Source: Nemertoderma westbladi (taxonomy: Eukaryota; Animalia; Xenacoelomorpha). From it: 64,000 bases of DNA. Position 1 is the stretch's first letter. The number at the start of each line of letters is the position of its first letter. This document shows positions 49,892 through 62,073 of this stretch, one piece after another. The DNA lies in NCBI GenBank assembly GCA_032718475.1, contig JAUCBJ010003593.1, positions 3,207-67,206 of the forward strand. Reading direction: 5' to 3'. Under the pieces are notes generated by a model. The model ran no database searches and was not told the origin of the DNA. It worked only from the letters and a program-made list of their open reading frames with translations. A program made the position numbers and the translations under genes.

Positions 49892-52800
49892 ACCCTAACT
49901 GCAATATAATATATATAATAACAATATATAAAACCCTAACTGCAACCAATAATTATTTGTGTGCTCCATCTCTATTGTTTTGATCAATTTTGTCAGCTTA
50001 TTTATGTAATTATTTTGATTAAGTCTGTTGTAAAAACATGTTGTAAACAGTAACTTGTATTGTTTTTGTATGGTTAATTTATTTACAAATCACCATTGTC
50101 AGCCCCCCCCCCCCCCCCCCCCCACCTAGTCAATCATGGAAATTCCCTGCATTAGTCACTGATAGTGTGCTTCTAGCAGACCCACTAGCCTGCCTCTCTC
50201 GAGGCACGATATAGAATCGTTAAATGGGCTAAACTGGCCATGCAAGAGTTTTTAACTCTCATTTCGTCGACATCTTTCCAGAAGGCGGCTTTAAGAACAT
50301 ACAGAGTCTGAGCAAGGGCGCTTCAGTGCCAGTTTTTGATAACGATTTAATATTTTTCCCCATTAATGTAAACAATTGCCACTGGACCCTTGCTGTTTAC
50401 TCACCTTTAAAGTCAGCAATTTGGTTTTTCGACTCACTGGGGGGCTCTAACCAGACAGTTGCTGATTCTATCAAAGAATGGGTGCACCTTGTTGCCATTC
50501 ATTTCAATGTGGACTTCCCCCCAATTACCGTTTATCCCTCCATTCAAAAGGTGCAATTCAACACCTATCAATGTGGGGTATATATCTGTAGGTATGCAAA
50601 ATGGTGTATTGAAGGTTGCTCACGATCGGATTTTGTGGATATCAATGATATTACCATTTCCAAGCATCGTAGTGATCTGTATTCTGATATTTCCAGAAAT
50701 ACCCTCTAGTTAGGTCAGCCAATCAACAGAAGGCCTCGACACCTACACCACCTCCAATTGGAGATCCCACCCAGTTTCCGAATTCTCACCCACCCGTGCT
50801 TAACCATACACAATCAATCTCACCACTAGAGCCGAAACAACCTCCAATCCAATCAGCCCAATCCCCCAGGATAACAATCAAATTGGAGACCCCACTCAGG
50901 TTCCGAATTCTCATCCACCCTTACTTACCCACACTCAATCAATCTCACCGATACAGCCGGAACAGCTGTCCACCTGCTCTAAATTATGCTGTGTCAACCC
51001 CAAGGGAGGGCTGCTCAAACACAGATCCAATGAAGGCACCACTTGTCCTGGGTCAGGTTCCATCATTACATTTCCAGCCACCGGTGCCCCCGCTCCTGCT
51101 GAAGCTGAAATTCCACCCAACATACACTCTAATCAGCCAGCCATGTCTCAAGGGTCACCCAGACCACTGTCCCAACCGTTTATCAATGACACTCCGTCCC
51201 CTGCTCCTGTGGTTGCCAGCCAGAGCGCCATTACAGATTCACTTAGCAGTGCATTTGAAACCCTCACTAGGATCAGAATCCTGACTCGTATCCCCAGGGG
51301 TGTAAGACTAAAAGCAGCCACACTTTACAGTAGTCTCTGTGAAGCCATCGCCCTCAACAACAGTCAGACAAACTGGTTAAACCTGCTAGCTAGCCTTTCC
51401 ATTCTCTCTCCGAGTACCCTCCCAGGGATCAAGGTCCAGACGTGACCGGAGGGCTATCGGTCAGGCCTGCAAATCACTCACAGCCAAGGTAAAGCACCAA
51501 CTGTTGGAATTTGAAGAGATGGTCAAGAACACCAAAGGATTACTAGTACTGCCTACGACTAGTCCTCCATCCTGTCTGAAGCCCAAGACTCAACAATCCT
51601 CGGATGACATGCTAGGGAAATTAATAGCCTCTAAGATAGAAGAAGGAAATGTGAAAGCAGCTGCACGACTAGCATCCTCATCAGCCACTATAGCCCCAGC
51701 CACCCCAGAGACCCTTGAAGCCCTCCGACTCCTTCACCCTACACGCCCAGCAGATGACCTTCACGGAGTACCGTCATTAGAGGAAGCTGATGTCCCGACC
51801 CTCGAGCTTTCTTACCCAGAGGTTCTAAAATCAATCAAGCTATTCCCCAATGGCTCGGCCCCAGGTCCCGACAACTGCCGTCCTCAGTTCCTCAAGGACA
51901 TGATCTCATCATCAGCTGGGGATGCTGCTCTGGCTTCCCTATAGGGTATGACATCGGTAGCTAATATCATGCTTAAGGGGGGAGTGCCCCAGGAAGTTCT
52001 CCCTTACCTCTATGGGGCCAGGCTTTGTGCTTTCACTAAACCAGCAGGTGGAGTTCGCCCCATAGCCGTGGGGTGCACTCTGCATCGACTTACTGCCAAA
52101 ACAGGCTGCCATTCAGCGGCAAAGCATTCTGGTTTAAAGCTTGCTCCCCATCAGCTAGGGTTCGGGACCTCCCAGGGTGCAGAAGCAGCAGTACATGCAG
52201 CCAGGCGTTTCCTCAGTGAGTCAATAGAGAGAGAGACAGTCATGATCAAAATTGAATTCTCAAATGCCTTCAATATACTCACCGTGGACCAGCCTTGAGG
52301 GCAGTGCTAAAGAACCTCCCACCACTACACAACCTGGCATATCAGTCATATTCGCAACCATCTCTCCTATTCTACAATGGGACAACAATTGCCTCTGACG
52401 ATGGTATGCAACAGGGAGACCCACTAGCCTCTCTGTTCTTCAGCAACGGCACAATCGAACTTGTCGATAGCATGGAATCTCCCCTCAAAGTGTGGTTCCT
52501 GGATGACGGTTCCTTGGGTGGATCACCATCTGTTGTTGCTTCTGACCTGAAGAGGGCCATAGCCGAGGCAGCAAAGCAGGGCTTATGGTCAAGGCATCCA
52601 AGTGTGAGTTAATCTTTGGCAAGCACTTTCCCTTAGAACTGAAAGAAGAGACAACAGCTCTGTTTGATGCGATCACACCAGGCATTAAATCAATCGATTT
52701 TTCTGATGCGCTGTTGCTTGGATCACCCCTAGGAGAATCAGCCATGGAGAAGATCCTTGAAGAGAAGGAATCAGACCTCTCTAGGTTCGCCAAACACCTC

Positions 52801-54188
52801 CACCTTCTATCGGCGCATGAAGCCCTATACCTACTCAGACATTGCTTTGCCATTCCGAAGTTGATGTACGTGCTGCGGTGTTCACCCGCCTTTGGATCGC
52901 CTCGATTGAAGTCTCTAGATGATAAGATTCGGCAGTGCTGCCAAATTGTGCTCAACACTAGGATTGGGGGCGTTGCTTGGGCCCAGGCTTCCCTTCCAAT
53001 ATATTTGGGCGGACTGGGGGTTAGAAGCACATGCGACGTAGCTTTACCAGCCTTCCTGGCTTCCAGCCATGGGTGCATCCCACTGCTTAACACCCTTCTA
53101 CCCAGTTCCATCTCCAGCATCCACAACCCACTCATAATAGCTGCGAAGCAACTACTACCTACCGATTTTCCTGTACCAATCAATCAAGCCATTCAGAAAG
53201 GTTGGGATGCTCCGCTGTGCTCATCACCACAGGATGAACTGATCACCAAAGCCTCATCAGCAAAAGAGAAGGCTCGTCTCCTAGCCACACTGGGGACTGG
53301 CTAAGGGCCCTGCTGGTATCATCCCTAGGCCTTCGCCTCAGTGATGAGCAGCTCCTGTTGGGAGCAGCTCTCCGCTTGGGTACACCTATTTGCGAGGAGC
53401 ACTTCTGCAGGGGTTGCCGGTCGGAAGTCGACACGAGTGGAAGTCATGGCCTCAGCTGCTTACACAATTATGGGAAACACACCCGTCATGCAGAGGCCAA
53501 TGACATCATTCACCGTGCCCTTTCATCAGCCGGCATTACCTCCACCCTGGAGCCTCGAGGACTTTCACAAGATGGCAAGAAACCAGATGGTTTGACCTTT
53601 TCCCCTTGGTCCTCAGGCCACCCACTCGTTTGGGACTTTACTTGCAGGGACACTCTCGGTCCTTCCTACCTACCCGAGACAAGTAAATCTGCAGGTGCAG
53701 CCGCTTTAATGGCAGAGACCAGTAAAGGAAATAAGTATGCTGTGCTCCAGCACCACCACTTATTCCACACTATTGCATTAGAGACCTTAGGCTCAATCGG
53801 CGCAGAAGGCACCGCAGTACTGTGGGAGATAGGGCGGAGAATCACCAAGGAAACAGGTGAACCTAGGTCCACGGAATTCCTCTTCCAGCGGCTCTCAATT
53901 GCAGTGGTCAGAGGAAATGGGACATCTGTCCTAGGTACCACCCCTCACCAGGTGGGCCTTGATGAGCTATTCCTACTCTGAATCCATGACCCCCCCCCCC
54001 CCCCCCGCGCCCCCCCCACTCCATTAAGATTTGTTTAGCTTCAGTTTTTGTTGTATACGTACGATACAGAAAACTAAACATTAATTTCTGTTAGGATTTC
54101 ACTCCAGCAATGTGTATTATATATTATGTATTATGTACTTTGTGTTACGTATCATGTATTATGTAAAATAATAAAAGAACAATTCATT

Positions 54189-54219
<31 letters not shown>
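49892..54219 (+). mobile_element. CRE-like non-LTR retrotransposon with Ulp1/C48-like protease, RT and restriction-like endonuclease; poly(A) tail; disrupted ORF
   Basis: Protease: FPINVNNCHWTLAVY..FDSL..QFNTYQCGVYIC. RT: GGVRPIAVG, QLGFGTSQGAEA, GMQQGDPLA, WFLDDG. Endonuclease: CRGC..HGLSC..RH, KKPDG..LVWDFTCRDT. 26-A tail. Absent from the paralogous site at ~38210. Confidence 0.9.
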
Positions 54220-54767
54220 TTTATGATTTCCCATTTATCTCAGTGGCGATCTGGCTCCATTACATTTGTTTTTAGTGTACAAGTTTTTTTACCTGTCTGT
54301 TGAGAGAATTAAACCTATTTCGACTGGACTTAAATTTGGAGAAATTTTCATTTGTTTTGTTGTTGCGCCATTCTAAATAATTGTTTTTTTAACGTTATTT
54401 AAGTTTTGCAATTTATCGTTCCACCAGGGAGGCTGCAATATTTTTTAGAATTTTTAGATGGATATGTTAATTTTCGACATGTCGGTGCATGCTTAATTAG
54501 GACCTTTTCAATTTCGTTTTCGAAAATCATAGGATATAATATTAATCAACCATTCTTTCTTAAAACGTTTACTAGAACATATCTATTACTTGAACTAAAT
54601 GCTCGAAGCCAAACAATATCAAGCAGTTCTATTAAAGACACAAAACAGAGTATCTCATGTTTCCTCAAAACTAGAATGTCAAGCTAAAAATTTAACCTGT
54701 AATAAGTTTCTTGATATGTCGCAGAAATGGCAGATATCCTTTACTTTAAGTAAATTATATAACTTAC

Positions 54768-54924
54768 AGATCTCATAGCATCCAATAGAGTTTACATTGA
54801 ATTTCTTCCCATGTTGTGGATCGAACATAACCACTGTAATTTTTATACCAACAACATCATCTATAACTTCATGTAGTTGGACTTCGACAGTGTCCATACC
54901 AGGAGGAGGGTCTACAGTGTAAAC
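54768..54924 (-). CDS. Exon 7: C-terminal third of discoidin-like domain, copy A
   Basis: Acceptor GTTTAG, donor GTAAGT, phase 0-1; VYTVDPPPGMDTVEV...NSIGCYEI. Confidence 0.88.
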
Positions 54925-55140
54925 CTAAACAATATATACCGAATGTATCAGGCTGGTTCTTGTCATAGTTTACTGTGCATGCATTGCGATTTACACACGT
55001 GGAAGCGAGTTTGCGACTATAAAAAATGTATATCTCACAGCGGTTTTTTTTATTTCTAAATAATATAATATTGTACCTTTAATGCCACTAATGTGATCTA
55101 CCTGACAATATGTAACTATAATAACTATGTTGATACATAC

Positions 55141-55306
55141 CTTTACAGACTGAAGGTAAGACTCGGGATTTTGTGGGTCATCTTGATGAATAATGTGTGT
55201 GGGGGGACTATCTGAGCTCAACTCGAATAATCCTTCAGACTCAACAGTCTGTACAGCAATGGTCACTTTCAGTTCTTGTTCTCTGTCATCCAGTTTAAAG
55301 TAAAAT
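55141..55306 (-). CDS. Exon 6: middle of discoidin-like domain, copy A
   Basis: Acceptor AAACAG, donor GTATGT, phase 2-0. Confidence 0.85.
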
Positions 55307-55454
55307 CTGTTTTGGGAAAGAAAATATTTCCTCTCAATATAAACTAAAATGATTGTTGTGAAAATGTAATTTGGCTCTGTCAATGATATCTTAATGCTAT
55401 TACTGGAATTAAAATAAGTAAGGATTATAAAACATTGGTGATTTAGTCACATTA

Positions 55455-56980
55455 GTGATTGGTGATATGTCACAAGGGATCAATGAGATGTCATATACAT
55501 ACCTATCTTTCCGCCAGGAAAGACCAGATTGACCATGTTAATGCCGCCCAAGTGCAGTCTAGCTATCAGGTGGGAATAAACTCAAACGCTATTAATACGT
55601 TGCTCCGCCGTGCAGTGACATCCCAGCTACGTGAGGCGCCAAGGAATCTAATACTACAAGGTATACCTGAAACCCCACACGAGTCAGTAGAGAATGCGGT
55701 TATGAAGTTTTTTTGCACAGCTACTTTCAATAACAGTAGAGGAAGCAAATATCTCCTTGGGAATCGAGATAACCATACGTTTGGGTCGTTTTAATTCACT
55801 ACGTGGTCATCCTATAAAGGTCGTTTTTCTACGTTTACGCAGCCGGGACCGGGTATGGATCACCCAGTCCCGGCTATCGATCACTATTACTGGATGGTAT
55901 CTGCCAACCAGGTCTGATCTGCCAACCAGGTCTGATCTGTCGACCAGGTATGCACCACCGATCAGATTTGTGCTACCAGTGAGGTCTGAGTTGCCGACCA
56001 CATCGATTGATCCACTAGTGGTGATCCACCAACCCAGGCGATGTATAGGAGTAATACATCCGCATCTCCATGGAGTGTGGTGGCTGTCTCACACCTATCT
56101 CAGCCAGTGTCTAACTCTAGTGATCCTCCAGTACCACCTGGACCTACTATTGCTGTCATTAGCGACACTTGATAACATAGATGACAAGGTGATAGATACT
56201 GATAAAGCAGATGTCACACTATGGGTTGGTAGTATGAATGGCGAGTGGTGCATGGTTAAAAGGGGAAAACGTAGTTATCTTTCCCGCAATAGTATTGGTA
56301 ACACACACACTATCACTAAGTTTAGAAGTGGATCTGGGTTAGTATATAACCAGTATGATCCACTGAGAATTCGGGATGCATCCCCATCACTACATATTGT
56401 TTTTAACCCTGTTTTATGTCAGTTGATGGGGAACCTGCACCCAGTACAGAAATATTGTCCTGCAATCTGGATGTAACTGGAGTTAGCTGTGAGGTTACTG
56501 CTAATAATAATAATATAGGAACGGGTGCTACTGAGATTTCTAAAGGTAAACTGTATAAGGTAAACTGTAATAATGTTGTATCGGGTGGTAAAGCAAACCC
56601 GTTGGTGATAATTGTTGAGGAATTACACAATTCTGCAAATGAGCTCAGTCGATCAGATTTGTGTAGGAATGCTGTAAGGACCAATGCTTCTATGGCAAGA
56701 GTTTTAGCTGGAAATAAAGTCAGTTAAAAGTAGTTAATACACATGGTAAACGATTGGTGCAGTTATGTAAGGCGACTGGTATTTGTATTTTTAATGGTAG
56801 AGTTGGCAACGATAAGGGGCTAGGGGCCTGTACTTATTTTTGCAAAACGCATCCAGAAAGAGTGCGTAGGTCTATAATTGATTATTGCATAGGCCGGCTA
56901 CCATTGATAGTGCAGTGTACTGAGTTTACATTTGTTCCCCCAAATGCTTTTACAAAACATCCAGTCATAGCGGTGTCGTA
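55455..56980 (+). mobile_element. RTEX-like LINE 5' remnant (copy A) retaining the end of the APE endonuclease
   Basis: Matches 39490-40610, then reads NTHGKRLVQLCKATGICIFNGRVGNDKGLGACTYF..RSIIDYCI. Confidence 0.8.
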
Positions 56981-57597
56981 GCCATCTATCATGGATAGTG
57001 TGTCCAACATATCTCCCCTTACCAGAGGGACAGGAGAAAGAATAAACGACTTTATATGTTTGTATGTATCAGCATTCAGCCCCATCACACTTTGCATGTT
57101 CTTCTCCTTTGGGAACTTCACTCTACTGTCGTCCTGCTAGCTTGAGCATCCTGAGAAAGCCCGCTGTATTGGGGCAAAACCTACCGATCAGCTGTCTGCA
57201 GTCAGCTGATCACTGATTACATGCATGTCTGGGTCTCCAGTTGATTTTTATTTACTTGTTGTACATACCTACCGGTACGGTTTTTTACTCTTAGTAGCTT
57301 GACGTGAAATATAAATAAAATATAATCAACTTTTCAAACTTTCCTTACTACTGACTGTATAGTACAGTATATAAAACGGAAGTACTATACACCTATAATA
57401 GCTTCAAAATAGTTTGCAAACTTTTTCTGGTATTACAAATCGCTGATTTGCAAACAACAATAACGAATATTATGGAATATTTTTTAGTACCTGAGTACAC
57501 ACAGTATTATACTAGAGAGGCAGCACATCTGTAAGACATTTCATTGCGATGCTCACATTGACAACACAATGCTTCCAATGGTTGTTATTTCATATAT

Positions 57598-57734
57598 CAA
57601 AAGCAAACAGTCGGCCGAAGCCGGAGGCGACCCGAAGGCTCCTCTTCCGATAGCTGCTACCCGAGGGTAGGGGTGGGCGCTACTCCTCTCCCAAGATTTG
57701 CTCCCAGTTATTTAACTGGTACTCTTCATATATA
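57598..57734 (-). mobile_element. 137-bp SINE-like insertion with 12-bp TSD
   Basis: TSD TATTTCATATAT at 57586-57597 and 57735-57746; absent at the paralogous site ~43885; GC-rich with hairpins. Confidence 0.8.
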
Positions 57735-57792
57735 TATTTCATATATAAGCTAATAATTGTTTATCTTTTATTAATTACAAAAGTTTATTTAC

Positions 57793-57949
57793 CTGGAGAG
57801 GAAACTAGCTGTATCTAGAGTAATAAATATTGAGGTCATATCCCCATTGGGTTCAAAACCCGATCCGTCCAATGAGGCATCTTCTATTGGGGCCCCATTG
57901 GAATGATAGGCTGCCACAGGCAACGTCTCCTCAGAATAGTCACAATAGT
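57793..57949 (-). CDS. Exon 5: N-terminal third of discoidin-like domain, copy A (DYCDYSEETLPVAAYHSNG...)
   Basis: Acceptor ATTTAG, donor GTAAAT, phase 1-2. Confidence 0.85.
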
Positions 57950-58254
57950 CTAAATGTAAAAATAATAAGTTCTGAAGATAATTAGAAGTAAAGACTACTG
58001 TGATTGTTATAAGGAGTGATGTAGGTGAGTTTGCATCGCAACAGAGGTTAATGGGTCAAATTTAATATTATTTATATTAATTTATTTAGTAATATTAGTA
58101 ATATTTAGTAATATTTAATAATATTTATTTATTATCAATTACATTTAAATTACTATAAATAATTTAAAGGTCACTCGTTTCAGAATGCTGGAGTGTATAC
58201 CTGTGAAATCACCATGCACTCAAGATTGGTTGCATGAGTTAGTTATTGACGAAT

Positions 58255-59480
58255 CACGAATGGTAGAGGAGCCCCGAAAATATCACTGGGTAACTGCAAA
58301 ATGAGACCTACACTCCCATTGTATTACAAACAAATCAGGTGAACAGGTCGTTGCATTGTTATTGCGACACATGCGATTGGGTGGGGGAATATACTAAGAT
58401 GCGCAAATCCACAACATGCTACTGTTTCCATTTGGGTAAACAGAGTGGTCTTGTTAGATGGAATACTAAACGGCAGCAAACTGTTGCACTTTCTAGTAGT
58501 GGAGGCTAACTACATGGCTATCAGTGGTGTGGGACAGGAATCATTGTAGCTATGAACTCTACCGGGTGTTCCATAATGATTTCCCCCCCTGGCCAGCAAA
58601 AACTGCCAGACATGCACCTTAGTGTAATATATCATTCGATAGAGAATTTCATTCTGAGCTTGCATGCAAATATTTAGGGTCCAATAAAAAAGTAAGTATA
58701 ACAATTTTATAGGCTATTCTTTAAAACAATCTTATTTTTCATTATTTTAATTTAATCACAATTAAAAACATATAATTTATCCAGCGTTAGTCATCAGCTT
58801 TACAGCCATGCTTCCCTTTGCGGCACGGGGAGCTCCTCGATAGTGGCAAGGGATGTTAGCCCTTAAAAGGGCCGTTTTGTTTTGAGTTCAGTTTTGATTA
58901 TGCCACAGAATCACGACCCTCTCTAAAAGTAACATCTCTGATCCTGTCAACCATACGTTTTTCTTCAGAGTCATTGAAGATTGCACATGAACTTGTCATT
59001 TTAATGACTTCTGTTAGGCCTAATTCAGTAAAATTAATAAAGAAGCACTAATACCGGTAACTGAATACTGTAATATATTGCAATACAGCAAAAGTTAGGC
59101 AGTAATAACTGTTTAAACAGGGCTGCAACCTGCAAAGCTGATGCCTAACGCTGGATAAATTATATTTCTTAAAATTGCGATTAAATCAAAAATATTGAAA
59201 AGTAAGTAAGATAGGTTTAAAGAATTGCCTATAAAATTTTTATACTTTTGTATTGGACCCTAAATTTTTGCATTCAAGCTCAGAATTAAATTATCTTTCA
59301 AATGATATATTACACTAAAGTACATGTCTGGCAGTTTTGGCTGGCCAGGGGGTGGGCAATTATTATGGAACTCCCGGTACTTTCTGACCTGGGATATATG
59401 CAACGATCACCTACTGGATTGTTAGTCGATAATCAAGGTGCTATCAGGATGGTGGGTAATCCTATATTACACAAGCTCAT
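58255..59480 (+). mobile_element. Ty1/copia RNase H fragment, copy A, interrupted by a MITE
   Basis: HCYCD.DWVG....RKSTTCYCF, KRQQTVALSS, DNQGAIRMVGNPILH. Confidence 0.85.
58562..59377. mobile_element. 816-bp Tc1/mariner-type MITE with ~230-bp TIRs and TA TSD
   Basis: TA|CCGGGTGTTCCATAATGA...TTATGGAACTCCCGG|TA; the empty site CTCTACTTTCTG is seen at ~44605. Confidence 0.92.
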
Positions 59481-59529
59481 GTGTTAGTAAACCTAGTTGT
59501 TTCATATATTATTATTAATGTTAATTTAC

Positions 59530-59684
59530 CGCATTCAGTTGGTTCATCAATACAGTTCTCGCATTGGCAGACTCCATCGCATTCTGGTGCGCAAGTACCA
59601 TCGCCACATGGAACCTCTCCTGGCACACAAGTTGGTGCTTCCGTAGTGATGCAATCTGGTTCTATGAAGTTCTCACAATCACAA
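59530..59684 (-). CDS. Exon 4: Cys-rich/LDLa-like (SCDCENFIEPDCITTEAPTCVPGEVPCGDGTCAPECDGVCQCENCIDEPTEC)
   Basis: Acceptor TTGCAG, donor GTAAAT, phase 2-1. Confidence 0.92.
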
Positions 59685-59973
59685 CTGCAAAGGTTATTAT
59701 TAATTATAATTATATAATATATTATAATATTAACAATAAATATGGGGCTTTTGTAGTCATTTTTCAAATTTCCATTTTGGGAATGTGAAAGAAAAATTAT
59801 AATTGTGTAGGACAATAGTTGAAGGTTACATTGTTTAAAAAACTGTTGCAAAGGGCGAAATAATATGATGCATTAACTGACTATGTATTGGTGACTATAT
59901 GTCACCTATATACTATATATTTCCTATATGTATTGGTGACTATAAAATTTCCTAATTTCCACACTAAATGTAC

Positions 59974-60125
59974 CTTTTTGCTCCGGTACAGATATCGTCC
60001 ACTGCAATGCACTCGCAAACATCTTCGCATTGACAAATAACTTCATCTTCAGGTAGGCAAGTTGTGCAGCATTCTTCTGGACTCTCATCCGATCCATCCC
60101 CACAATCATCGTGTCCATCGCAAAC
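59974..60125 (-). CDS. Exon 3: LDLa end + Cys-rich module (VCDGHDDCGDGSDESPEECCTTCLPEDEVICQCEDVCECIAVDDICTGAK)
   Basis: Acceptor ATGTAG, donor GTACAT, phase 0-2; canonical CDGxxDCxDGSDE motif. Confidence 0.92.
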
Positions 60126-60546
60126 CTACATTTATCGTTAAAAACATTATATTATAAAATTACACTTTTATGTGTTATAGGACTATACACACAGTAGTGC
60201 GAAACAAGTAAAAAAGTATCAGTAATAAATGTATGGATATGTATATTGACGATAATATATAGAACTGTATAAGTACATGGTGGCAGTTGGTTTGAATGTT
60301 TGTAAGATGTTTTGTAGGTGGTGGGAAGTGTAAATTAGTTTATTATTATCAAATTATTAATACCCAGTGCTCTGTGGTACCAGAGCCCGGTTCTAGGTTT
60401 GATTTACCCGTTGCTAATAATTCATTTGTATATCTAATATATTGAATATAATACAATAAACTAAATGTATTTTAGTCATAAAACACTCCAATATGGAGTC
60501 AATAAACATAAATAAAAAAATAAAAATGCAAGGAAATATAACCTAC

Positions 60547-60746
60547 CAAAACAGGAGGAATACAATATCCCTTCAGACCGTAACATGTGTATGATGTTAT
60601 ATTACATGTTTCAGGGCAAAGTTCTGGATCCTCATCAATAAGGATTCCAGGCTGATCGCAATCTGGAACCCCATCGCAAATCTTATCCGGTGGTAAACAT
60701 TTACCCATATTCGGGCACTGCAACATCGGACTCAAGCACTCTTCGC
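60547..60746 (-). CDS. Exon 2: LDLa modules (EECLSPMLQCPNMGKCLPPDKICDGVPDCDQPGILIDEDPELCPETCNITSYTCYGLKGYCIPPVL)
   Basis: Acceptor TTATAG, donor GTAGGT, phase 1-0. Confidence 0.93.
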
Positions 60747-61289
60747 CTATAAAAATTAAAATTTTAAGACAAATTCTTTGGAAGTACAGGAACTATAATA
60801 TTACAATAATAATGATATTGATAATGATAATGACAATAATAATATTATGAATCAAAATCTTATTTTCTTACATATTAAGTCAACTTATGGAGTAGTTCGA
60901 CTTACAATCTAGTTCGTCCGAATAATCCCAGCAATCGAAATTTCCATCACATATTTGAATGTCAGAATAGCAATGAAATCCCTCGTCGCAAACGATTTCA
61001 TCAGGGGCGCACGTTGGTTTAGCTACAGGATAAATCAATGTTAAATTTATTATTAAAAAATCATAACGAATAATTAATAAAATATTAATATTTTCTACAA
61101 GTTAAATAAATAATTAACTAACTAACTACTTCTCATATGATGGCAAAATGATTTCGTGTCCCTCATATCACAGCGTTTTTTTACGACTACTCTTGTATGC
61201 ACCTCCATGTCATCCTTGCTCCCTTATACCTTTCCTTCACTCCCTCAATGGAATGAACTGCAGGTTCCAGGGCAGAGGAACTAAAATCC

Positions 61290-61460
61290 ACCACACCTTC
61301 AAAGACCCTTCCACCATCACCACTTTAATCTCCCTATCAAGATTGGTCGGATAGCCTAGCTATACCTTCTGGTGAACCTTGTGAAATACCATACCTCTTC
61401 CAGAGGCTTTCTGTTGCATTCGAACAGGGCAATGCCAAAGTCATAAATAAGACATTCAAA
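61290..61460 (+). mobile_element. Degraded 3' end of a CRE-like element
   Basis: GEPCEIPYLFQRLSVAFEQGNAKVI, compared with TGEPRSTEFLFQRLSIAVVRGNG at ~53860. Confidence 0.65.
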
Positions 61461-62073
61461 CTAGTCTTGATGATGTCCCCCACCCCCACCCCTACCTCAT
61501 ACTATAATTATTTGTAATCATATATTATCGGCCCCTCTGCATACCATCATATTGTTTGTAACATTGTCTGATTGTTTGTTTGTCAAATAATGTTTTTTTG
61601 TTGCTTTTAAGACTGATGTAGAATATTATGTTTTGCAAAAATAATGTGGATATTGTAATGTGAGTCACATTGTAACTAAATTAGTCGAGTTTCGGACTTG
61701 AATTAAATGTTTGCTGTTGAGTTATGTACAACTGATGAGTCCTAAACCATAATTATATTATGTCAATGCCACTGCCACTGCCATGTACCAACCATATGTC
61801 ATGAGAGTCTAATTACATTAATTTATCTGTCTCAAGGGTTGAGGTTAATAAGAGCTGTATGTTGGACACGGATGGAATCCATAAACACCGACTTTACTGT
61901 AAAAAATTATATAAGTGCCAACACTCAACAGCCCACCAAATTCACATTGATGCCATTAGTTTTATGCACTTGTACTGCATCTTTATACTGTAGCAACTGC
62001 ATAACTTTAAATCAAAAATGTAAATAATCAGAGGTGATATTTATTAACTTAGAGTAAGTTTTTGTCAACTTAC

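Noticed and set aside
57150-57185. CTGAGAAAGCCC...GGGCAAAAC degenerate hammerhead-like motif
   Set aside because: Both conserved boxes are mutated and there is no clear stem I or cleavage triplet.
61731-61760. CTGATGAGTCC hammerhead-like half core
   Set aside because: No downstream GGAC-GAAA to close stem II; at most a truncated remnant.
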